From Candidatus Thorarchaeota archaeon (lineage in GTDB: Archaea; Asgardarchaeota; Thorarchaeia; Thorarchaeales; Thorarchaeaceae), in NCBI GenBank assembly GCA_046482545.1, contig JAWOEX010000039.1, positions 32,001 through 96,000 of the forward strand: DNA of 64,000 nt, in the 5' to 3' direction. Below are positions 56,405 through 64,000 of the stretch, piece after piece (the stretch's first letter is position 1; each line of letters starts with the position of its first letter). The notes below the pieces were generated by a model. The model was not told where the DNA came from and did not search any database. It saw only the letters and a list, made by a program, of their open reading frames with translations. A program made the translations under genes and the position numbers.

Positions 56405-56453
56405 AAAAAAAGAAGGCTGGAGACCCACACCGTTTTGGTGTAGGTCAATCAGC
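56405..56453 (-). terminator. Intrinsic terminator of the 56469-58931 gene
   Basis: Minus strand GACCUACACC-AAAAC-GGUGUGGGUC, outer GCUG/CAGC, then U tract. Confidence 0.8.
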
Positions 56454-56468
56454 ATCCGACATACTAAA

Positions 56469-58931
56469 CTAAGATCTGCGCCTTACCAGTAAGAGGGCAA
56501 CACCTATGACCGCAACGCCTCCAATGCCAGCAGCAACATAGAGTGTGGGAATACCAAAGATTTCGCCTTCAAGCAAGCCGCCTTCCCACCAACCCCCACC
56601 GCCCTCTGGTTCTTCCACCAAGATTTGATAACCTGTAGCTGACATGGTGTAATATGACGCACCATTCCAGTTTTCGGCGTTATCAGGGTCGAAGGTATCC
56701 AGAGTGGTGTTGAAGTAGAAGCATACGGCGGGCATATCAGCATAAAGACCAAGGTCGGTTGGGCTCACGTTGTAGGTTATCGTCCATGTCTCACCAGGAG
56801 CAAGTTCATCTCTGCCCCAATAGAACTCGCGGTCACCATCAAGGCCCGAACTCATACCATCTAGCACTCTAACTCTATATGCGGTGTCAGAACCGTAGTT
56901 GTGGACTGTTATGTTGAAATCCACAGTCGTATTGACAGTCACGGTTCTTTCTGCAGTACCCTTCGTGACAACCAAGTATGGACCGGAGAATTCGATGTTC
57001 TCCGGATCTGCATCAAAAGCCAGCTCCAAAGTGTTTGTGTCGAACTCCAGCGGCTCAAGATATCCGGTTGCATTCAGATTCGCAGAAAATGAGAATCCAA
57101 AGCCCGTCATCAGAGAATTGCCTAGATCGGCCATGAGATACGGTACAATTTCCTCTTGTAGGTTTTCGGGATCCAAGATGTTGTGTATTGCATCTTTAAT
57201 GGCAGTCACATCATCATTCGCCATTGCGTCCCAGAGACTCTGAAGCACGATATCCCAGTGGTCCTCAACGAACTCTGCTATGGTTTCCTTGCTCCTGAAT
57301 TCTGATGGTGTATCTATTCCACCGAAGTCCTGCAAGAAGCTGTTGATGCCATCTATCGTCGTATTCATATGATTTACAAAGGCGTCCGGCTCACCGTAGA
57401 CATCATTATCCACGATATCCAGCAGATTATAGGAGTCGAAGTACTCCAAGAATGCTTCGAGAATAGCAGCAACTGGATTCTCTTCAACCATATCATCGTC
57501 GATTCTATCCACAAGAGCCTCTGGAGTCATTCCTGCCATTTCCATGATTGAGCCTAACAGGTCCACGTTGATATCTTTGAGTGGAGTCTCTCCAATCTCA
57601 GAGCTGAAATTGGTATTCATGAGGGTCTGCCTGAAATCTGGAAGGGCTGTTGTCGAATCCCACACAGCATCAATAATACCATCCAACATGGTTGGATCTA
57701 TAGAAGCAATGCCATCATTAACCTCCAAGGCTAACTGCCTAGGCAGGTTAGTCAGAACCATCTTCACAGCCTCGCTTACCGTACTGTTAGCGGGTATCGT
57801 TATGTTGCCGATATCAAGCTCGTCAGGAATCTCGAATTGGTCATCGATAGTCAGCCATGAATCGGGCACTCCATTGATTGATAGTGATGCAGGTGCTGCT
57901 CCGCCTACTACTGAAACCGAATATGCACTGGCATCCTGCTTCATCTTATTCTCGATAGTTCCTGTGTAGCCAACATGGTCAGGCAATGAATAAGTCTCGT
58001 CTCCAATAGTTGCATCCACATATCCAGGGTGATTGAAGGAAACCTGATTCATGATGCCGGAGTATACAGTCTCCACAAGATCACTATGTGAAGAGTCAGC
58101 TCGATAATATGGACGTTCATAGAAGTCCATCATGTTCAAAACATTGAAACTGGGATGATATCCACCTGAAAGGAAATGAATTGGTGCGTAGACTTCGGTT
58201 GCCACGCTGGTCATCGTAGGCCAGCCCTCAGCACCAACAAGATCCATTAATCCTCCAAGCTGAGATACCCTTTCAAGCATAGATGCCATTGTTGAGTTGC
58301 CCAAGGTGGCATCCATTATACTGACATAGGTTATCTGGTATTCTGTCGCATTGTCTTCAACATTCCAGTCGTATTCGGCCCTTTCTTTGATTTCAGTACC
58401 TACGAGCATGAATTGCTCAAATTCAATTCCGAATCCAGACTCGTACTCTGATGTAAACTCATCAGCTAGGCCAATGGCTTCGCTTTCATTCAAATCCGTG
58501 AATGAAGCTTCACTCCTATTGACAGGAACCTCGAAAATAGGTTTCACGTCGAGTTGGAGCACTGCAGTAGGGCCACCAATGGCACCATTTGGGAATGGTG
58601 TAAGGCCATTGAGATTCAGTGTCGAAAGGGCTACATATCCATCATCGTTTTCCATTTGGCTTTGCACTACACTCTCAAGTGTCTCTACGTGAGAATAACC
58701 ATAGTGTGTTGCATTTTGGAATGACGCAAGCATATTCTGCACACCGCCCCATTGATCCACTTTCGAGACAATAGCCTCTACAGTGGCTAGACCAGCGCTA
58801 GGTTCCAGAGTCTCGGATTCCTCGTGCGGGTTGACAGGAGTTGGCATGCTATCGCTACCGCCGGCAAGTATAGGCGTGACAAGTGTCATCACTAGAAATG
58901 CAGCAAGTAGCAAGTGTTCTCGTCTTCTCAT
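56469..58931 (-). CDS. Large acidic cell-surface protein with C-terminal Ig-like domain and membrane anchor (probable start ATG 58931)
   Basis: Signal peptide, LVVTK...FNITVHNYG...LAPGE motif, TM + RRRS tail, many NxS/T sequons. Confidence 0.8.
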   Translation of the reverse strand: MRRREHLLLAAFLVMTLVTPILAGGSDSMPTPVNPHEESETLEPSAGLATVEAIVSKVDQWGGVQNMLASFQNATHYGYSHVETLESVVQSQMENDDGYVALSTLNLNGLTPFPNGAIGGPTAVLQLDVKPIFEVPVNRSEASFTDLNESEAIGLADEFTSEYESGFGIEFEQFMLVGTEIKERAEYDWNVEDNATEYQITYVSIMDATLGNSTMASMLERVSQLGGLMDLVGAEGWPTMTSVATEVYAPIHFLSGGYHPSFNVLNMMDFYERPYYRADSSHSDLVETVYSGIMNQVSFNHPGYVDATIGDETYSLPDHVGYTGTIENKMKQDASAYSVSVVGGAAPASLSINGVPDSWLTIDDQFEIPDELDIGNITIPANSTVSEAVKMVLTNLPRQLALEVNDGIASIDPTMLDGIIDAVWDSTTALPDFRQTLMNTNFSSEIGETPLKDINVDLLGSIMEMAGMTPEALVDRIDDDMVEENPVAAILEAFLEYFDSYNLLDIVDNDVYGEPDAFVNHMNTTIDGINSFLQDFGGIDTPSEFRSKETIAEFVEDHWDIVLQSLWDAMANDDVTAIKDAIHNILDPENLQEEIVPYLMADLGNSLMTGFGFSFSANLNATGYLEPLEFDTNTLELAFDADPENIEFSGPYLVVTKGTAERTVTVNTTVDFNITVHNYGSDTAYRVRVLDGMSSGLDGDREFYWGRDELAPGETWTITYNVSPTDLGLYADMPAVCFYFNTTLDTFDPDNAENWNGASYYTMSATGYQILVEEPEGGGGWWEGGLLEGEIFGIPTLYVAAGIGGVAVIGVALLLVRRRS

Positions 58932-59205
58932 TGTATTTCTTTCTCCGTTAAAATAACATTCAGACATACGAAAGCTAAAACTTTCAGTCTACTTGTACAA
59001 TGGTTCGGTTCTTCCCCTTTTCAAGCTTAGTCTGATGTATACTAGAATTTCATAGCTGAATTCTATAATCGGTACAGTACCCTATACGAGGATTAATAGA
59101 GTAAAGCGCGAATAGATGGACCCAAGAATCGACCCAGTCCATGACACAGGTCAACTCGATTGCAGATCAGTCCATTCCAGTTTCCGCTCCGAGGCGTTCA
59201 ATACG

Positions 59206-60507
59206 TCAGACATTTCCAGCTTCTTCTGCCGACCCTTCTGTATTTTCGTCTGCTCTTAATTCCTCATCCATCGTATCTTCTTCAGGAGACTCCTCTTCGA
59301 AACCTGATTCGGTTTCAGTCTCTGGTTTGGATTCTATTTCCTCTTCAGGAGTTACCACCGGAAGGTCCCCAGGTTCTTCAGGTTCTTTCTGTGCCTTGCG
59401 GGCCCTATAGATGAATCGAAGTTCCATTATCAGAGCAACAAGTGGGAATATCAACAGTTTGACAATATCACCTGTAGCTCCTTGAATGCCACCAGCAAGT
59501 TGTGTGAAAGCTGTATCAACAAAGGTATAGCTGCTCGCTAGGAAGAAAGTAAGGGTTGCCGCAGTTTCCTTTGAAACCTTCAATCGGGTATCCAGACCTG
59601 CCCTACTCGCGAGAATTTGGCCTACGGATGACATCGTGTAAAGGGTGAAGAAAACAGTAATTCCTAAGCTCACCCAATCGATGCTAGGATCGAATCCCTT
59701 CAAGACGTTGTAGGTGAAGTAGGTCGAATACAAAGACACGAACATGCTTAGAAGGGCTATATTGACCGCATGAGGCTTATTTCGTTCCCGAGTGATAATC
59801 AGGCCATTCAAGAAATTGAAACCCAGGGCTAATAGCATTCCAAGAATGCCAAAAATCAATGCGCCTGAATAGGGAGGAGCAATGACAGAGGGATTCACGA
59901 AGAGAATGGTGAAAATGAAACCCCCAATTATCACAACATAGTTGAATATGTTAGCTGCTCCGAGTAATACACTACCAAGTTTCGACCTTTCCTCAATGGT
60001 TACTCTCCTGGCGTATTTCAGAGATGTACGACTTGAGAAATACGACTGAAAACCAATCCAACCTATGAAGCCCACACCGATGTAGAGAAGGCTGAATGGC
60101 ATGAATAGTACAGAAGGGAATAGAAACAGCATAACAAACAGCAGGGCTCCGCTTGCAATAATCCAAGGTACGAAGCGTATAACTGAGTCCTTGTATGATT
60201 CGTCACTTACAATGAACCTCTGAAGACCAGCCACCGATACTATCAGCGCAAAAAGGAAGTAGGTCGGGAAAATTCCCCAGGCCAAGGATATAACTAGGCC
60301 AAGTCCACCCAGATATACACCAATTCGCTCCCACAGTGTCATCACTATAATTCCGATGAAGAAGACGATAGTAAACCAGCGAAGTCTAACCGACTCAAGA
60401 AACAATTTGAGCCCGTCTACAAAGCTGGTGATGAGTGGTATCTCTCTTCTCTGTTTCTCTTCCGTTTCGTTCTTTGGTGTCTCCACTATGGATTCCTCCT
60501 CAAGCAC
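59206..60507 (-). CDS. Polytopic membrane protein with acidic C-terminal tail
   Basis: About 10 TM segments; E/D-rich C-terminus. Confidence 0.75.
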   Translation of the reverse strand: MLEEESIVETPKNETEEKQRREIPLITSFVDGLKLFLESVRLRWFTIVFFIGIIVMTLWERIGVYLGGLGLVISLAWGIFPTYFLFALIVSVAGLQRFIVSDESYKDSVIRFVPWIIASGALLFVMLFLFPSVLFMPFSLLYIGVGFIGWIGFQSYFSSRTSLKYARRVTIEERSKLGSVLLGAANIFNYVVIIGGFIFTILFVNPSVIAPPYSGALIFGILGMLLALGFNFLNGLIITRERNKPHAVNIALLSMFVSLYSTYFTYNVLKGFDPSIDWVSLGITVFFTLYTMSSVGQILASRAGLDTRLKVSKETAATLTFFLASSYTFVDTAFTQLAGGIQGATGDIVKLLIFPLVALIMELRFIYRARKAQKEPEEPGDLPVVTPEEEIESKPETETESGFEEESPEEDTMDEELRADENTEGSAEEAGNV

Positions 60508-60528
60508 ATCTTGTGAATGTAAGTCACC

Positions 60529-60996
60529 CTATTTATGTCTGAGCACATGCAGAATCTCAGCTTCAACAGAATCTTTTACTCGAGGCTTTTCTATGATTGC
60601 TCCTCGCTGATTGCCTTTCTTATCGAAAATCCTTACCCATGGAATTGCGGTCACATTCCATTTCTCGATTTCGGGGGGAGATGGTGGAATCCTCCATTGT
60701 CGGTCTTTGTTGAGAGGATCAGTCTTGATACCACCAAACACTCTCACGTCAAGTCCGACTTCTTCCTCCAACTTGGCCAGTGCTGAAACCATCTCTTTGC
60801 AGTCACCACACCATGCTGCGCTCATAACAACGAATACATAATCATCAGAAATCTCTGCAAGCTTTTTTGTTGCTTCAGGATCAAGTGTACATTCGTTATA
60901 CTTCTCAAGGAACATATCGCCTTGCTTACCTTCCATCTTCTCAATGTACTCTTTCGCCGTGACAGTCCGACTTTTAATATCGTCGAGATCAACCAT
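60529..60996 (-). CDS. Thioredoxin-fold protein (WCGDC), paralog of 23902-24393 (probable start ATG 60996)
   Basis: AAWCGDC, WRIPPSPPE, AIPW. Confidence 0.85.
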   Translation of the reverse strand: MVDLDDIKSRTVTAKEYIEKMEGKQGDMFLEKYNECTLDPEATKKLAEISDDYVFVVMSAAWCGDCKEMVSALAKLEEEVGLDVRVFGGIKTDPLNKDRQWRIPPSPPEIEKWNVTAIPWVRIFDKKGNQRGAIIEKPRVKDSVEAEILHVLRHK

Positions 60997-61083
60997 ATCG
61001 AATCGGGTGTACGAAGACAGATTTCCCATAAAAGTTGTTGTCATCTGCAATAAAGGCTATTCAGGCTATTGGAATTAGTTCAT

Positions 61084-61521
61084 TTACTTGAAAGGATTCC
61101 TAATCGTAAGAAATTCATATTTTTCAAAGTCTCGGACATTTTCTGTAAGAAGTATTTTTACATGATTCTCCTTCGCAATCGCAGCCAATACACAATCAAA
61201 TAATTCAGCCCCACTGATTCCGTGTTTCCTCACCAGCTCAAACACCAAGCTGGATGTTGTGATTTGAGGTTCAATGATTTCTATTGCGCCACTAATCCAC
61301 AAATCTTGGCAAATATTGGCGGCTTGATCAGTAGTCAGGGGATGGTGCACCCTTCGAATATTGGTAACAACCGAAAAGAATTCGTACAGTATCTGAGAAG
61401 TTATGCAAACCTCTAACTGACCATCAAGCGCTTCATGAAGTACTCCTGCTGCTTTCTCTTGATGTGGAGATGCGTGATTATGAGCGTGGACAAAGATATT
61501 AGTATCAAGCAACGTCTTCAT
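61084..61521 (-). CDS. vapC: PIN-domain toxin (start ATG 61521)
   Basis: LLDTNIFV, LYEFFSV, FDCVLAA, LTENVRDF. Confidence 0.9.
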   Translation of the reverse strand: MKTLLDTNIFVHAHNHASPHQEKAAGVLHEALDGQLEVCITSQILYEFFSVVTNIRRVHHPLTTDQAANICQDLWISGAIEIIEPQITTSSLVFELVRKHGISGAELFDCVLAAIAKENHVKILLTENVRDFEKYEFLTIRNPFK

Positions 61522-61744
61522 AGATTTCTTCCCTTCTGAGAGTACCTTTGATTTTCCCAAGATTGGGTGGGGCATCAATTCGTTCTAGAATCCGATTAGT
61601 AGCTTGAGTAGATTTTAGAACAATCAACTTTACACCATCACCTGTTAGATGGAACCGAATAACATCACCATCTCTCAACCTGAGTTTTTCACGAATCTCT
61701 CTCGGAACGTAGATTTTGTCCTTGTAGTACCTCGTCTCGTTCAT
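61505..61744 (-). CDS. AbrB/MazE-fold antitoxin (probable start ATG 61744)
   Basis: KIYVPREIREKLRLRDGDVI; overlaps the vapC start. Confidence 0.88.
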   Translation of the reverse strand: MNETRYYKDKIYVPREIREKLRLRDGDVIRFHLTGDGVKLIVLKSTQATNRILERIDAPPNLGKIKGTLRREEIYEDVA

Positions 61745-61756
61745 TTCAACCTCACG

Positions 61757-61778
61757 ATTACCCAATGTATTGGGTAAT
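61757..61778. promoter_or_regulatory. Operator palindrome of the AbrB-VapC operon
   Basis: Perfect inverted repeat ATTACCCAAT-GT-ATTGGGTAAT just upstream of the antitoxin. Confidence 0.75.
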
Positions 61779-61966
61779 AATAACCTTTTGCAAGGGAATA
61801 GATAGATTACTAATTGCCCTAGAAATCAGAATAAGCAGAGTTAACCAGTAGGGCATATGCTAACAGATAGGCAAAGTAAATGCTCGCCAATAGCCTATTT
61901 CATAAGTATGAGAATCAAAGTACAAATGAGTTAGAGTGAGTTCCTTCTAATTCAATGGTGGACTAC

Positions 61967-62374
61967 ATGAAGCCCAGCAGATCTAACAGGTACAAACAGA
62001 GAATTGCCTGTATCCTTAATTGTCCTGATGAAATTGAGAGCGCCATGCCATAACCAGAAGGCATTGTGTTGAAGGGTATATACTATGACCTCAGTTCCGC
62101 AATTGACGCGGTAATGGATATAATTGCCATACTTTGCAAAGATTTAGGAACTATGCCAAGGGGAGATTACGAGAATATCGAGAACTTACAAACGAGAGAC
62201 ATTCTCAGTGCTGATTTGGTAGAAAGGTTAGCAAATTGCAATGGACTAAGGAATGTCCTAGTTCATCAATACAATGGAATAGATGAGAACTTGGTACTTG
62301 AATCAACACAACCCGTTGAAAGAGATTTGAGAGAATTTGTAAAGGTGGTGGAAGAACATATTACCAAACATTGA
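61967..62374 (+). pseudogene. hepT: HepT/DUF86 HEPN toxin with in-frame premature TAA
   Basis: ATG 61967 in frame, TAA at 62051-62053, RNVLVHQY motif. Confidence 0.75.
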
Positions 62375-62726
62375 TGAAATTCGAGATGATTTTAGATTCC
62401 TATCAGACAAAGAAGTTGTGCTTTTCGGCTCCTACGTAAATGGAGAAACAGGACCTCGTTCTGACATTGATGTAGCAATTATTACGCGTTCACATGACCG
62501 AGAAGAAATGATGCAGATAAGAATAGAAGCGGCTGGAAAAGCCCCGGAGTATTATGATATTCAGGTCTTTGAAGCTCTTCCACTAATCTTGAAAAGCGCA
62601 ATAATCGAGAATTTCGAAGTCCTGTTTGGTAATCCGCTCGAAATTGGAATGCATTTCTATCATGTCCGGAAAATCTGGGAGGATTATCGTCACCGAATAG
62701 AGATTCCTACGATAGAAGAGATTTGA
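62358..62726 (+). CDS. mntA: MntA-type minimal nucleotidyltransferase antitoxin, possibly degenerate
   Basis: LFGSY-G-SDIDVA; expected start codon reads ATA at 62358. Confidence 0.75.
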   Translation: MLPNIDEIRDDFRFLSDKEVVLFGSYVNGETGPRSDIDVAIITRSHDREEMMQIRIEAAGKAPEYYDIQVFEALPLILKSAIIENFEVLFGNPLEIGMHFYHVRKIWEDYRHRIEIPTIEEI

Positions 62727-62815
62727 AGAGGAGTAGCCGAGAGTTAAACGCTACGGAAGCAAGACGAAACAGAGATACTTGTTCCTTTTTTCGATAAAGC
62801 GTCAAAGAAAGTAGA

Positions 62816-62835
62816 GGGGGCTAATGGTAACCCCC
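62816..62835 (-). terminator. Terminator hairpin after pmbA
   Basis: Minus strand GGGGGUUA-CCAU-UAGCCCCC followed by pyrimidines. Confidence 0.65.
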
Positions 62836-62860
62836 TATGGACCACTGTTTGAATTCTGCA

Positions 62861-64000
62861 CTATTTGGTTGCGGCGCTTAGTTTACAGTCTTCGATTCTC
62901 ATTGATGGAATGAAGGTCGGAGTATCGACTTCCCACCAGTACACCTGCCTACGATCATTGCCAAGAGCAGATATGTTTGAGAACATCCTCAGAAGATTAT
63001 CGCTGATTCTCAGATTCTTGATAGGCTTCATGGCCCCGTTCTTGATGAGGAACATTGCATCGCGTGGGATACTAGAGAACTCACTGCTCTGGTAGTTCTG
63101 GAAGCGAGTGTACCAATTGCTGGTCACGTATATCGCAGGATCGTTGTCCTCTACCAGCTCTTCAAAAGTGTGATCACCATTGTCGAAGACTATGTTCGTG
63201 GGTGCTGGAAGGAGCATCTTCGTTCCGCGTCCCATCGACACCGCATCGGAATTGCCCGTAGATTCCGTCTCATACATGCGAGCTGTACTTGTATTATGTA
63301 TGAACTTCTTCAGCACACCATCCTCAATAAGCGGGGTTTGCTGTGTGGCAGTACCTTCCATATCGAACGCCTTGCTTGCTACACCCCCTTCAACGTGAGG
63401 AGCATCACGAATACTCACAGTCTCAGGAGCAATCTGTTCGCCCATTTTGTCTCCCAGTGGGGACATCCCAATTAGTACAAAGAAGGGATTAGCTGAAGCA
63501 GGAATGTAACCCATCAAATTTGCTGCTACCGTCGGACTGAGTATGAGATCGTAGGTTCCGGGTTCTCCTTGTTCGGCACCTTCAGCCATTTTTGAAAGAC
63601 GCCCTGCCTTTTCTCCAGCGTTCACAAAGTCTTCCTCCGCCTCAGATGGTAACGTTCCGCATGCTAGACCCTGTCCTGAGTAGTCAAGCTCATCTTGGAA
63701 TGCGCGGATATTGAAATCATACTGAGTCCGCTTGTCGTTCGCCTCGGGTCCAAAGCTAGATCTTAAGAAAATGGATTCCTTAGAAAACTTCAGAGCCCCA
63801 GCCACCCGTTTGGCTCCTTTTGCAAGAGCAGCATCAATTGCTGCATTGACGTACTGCGGAGCTTCTTCGGTGAATTCGTCTATATGGGGGTCATAGCAGC
63901 CAGATAGCTCAGTATATTGTTGAGGGGTATCTTCAACACCAGCGAAAAACTTCGATTCAGGCAGCCTCTTTATGAATGAAATCGCATTATCTATCGCCTC
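62861..64000 (-). CDS. TldD/PmbA family protein (5' end outside the window)
   Basis: FDMEG, LIEDGVL, STGN, WYTRFQN, NLRISDN; frame open to the window edge. Confidence 0.88.
   Translation of the reverse strand, partial: EAIDNAISFIKRLPESKFFAGVEDTPQQYTELSGCYDPHIDEFTEEAPQYVNAAIDAALAKGAKRVAGALKFSKESIFLRSSFGPEANDKRTQYDFNIRAFQDELDYSGQGLACGTLPSEAEEDFVNAGEKAGRLSKMAEGAEQGEPGTYDLILSPTVAANLMGYIPASANPFFVLIGMSPLGDKMGEQIAPETVSIRDAPHVEGGVASKAFDMEGTATQQTPLIEDGVLKKFIHNTSTARMYETESTGNSDAVSMGRGTKMLLPAPTNIVFDNGDHTFEELVEDNDPAIYVTSNWYTRFQNYQSSEFSSIPRDAMFLIKNGAMKPIKNLRISDNLLRMFSNISALGNDRRQVYWWEVDTPTFIPSMRIEDCKLSAATK

Noticed and set aside
1-64000. CRISPR arrays, transposases, integrases, selenoprotein UGA readthrough
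   Set aside because: No regular repeat-spacer array, mobile-element ORF or convincing in-frame UGA at a catalytic Cys position was seen by eye

Overview
This is a gene-dense, roughly 45% GC (by eye) archaeal chromosomal segment. Its gene content points to an Asgard archaeon, most like Thorarchaeota (inference): a Rab-like small GTPase with WDFGGQ, a longin-like protein, 24-aa 'IDLxPLxxC' LRR protein, receiver-less multi-PAS kinases, large FtsX-type permeases and membrane zinc-ribbon proteins. In order, it contains: (1) a catabolic island (UroD/MtaA-like, RraA/HMG aldolase, PLP aminotransferase, glycyl radical enzyme, PAS kinase, bacterial-type KdgK+Eda); (2) an LRR gene; (3) a thiol-redox/ferritin cluster; (4) a five-gene Zn-ribbon / longin / two paralogous ~15-TM proteins / small GTPase operon; (5) sulfatase plus radical-SAM maturase; (6) ABC systems, a second PAS kinase, bacterial-type GAPDH, an RPH-like PEP-utilising enzyme, PepF, an unannotated rubredoxin, VapBC, a decaying HepT-MntA pair and a partial PmbA. 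I found no tRNA, rRNA, CRISPR array or transposase. The best candidates for undescribed biology are the membrane-receptor-like 15-TM pair + longin + GTPase operon, a structured ~200-nt transcript encoding a 10-aa peptide (MIPDWPDVPW) that shares a WxDxPW motif with a nearby ferritin-like tail, and several unannotated structured intergenic RNAs (32233-32382, 10983-11060, 25421-25528). All protein calls come from reading motifs by eye; no database search or folding program was run.
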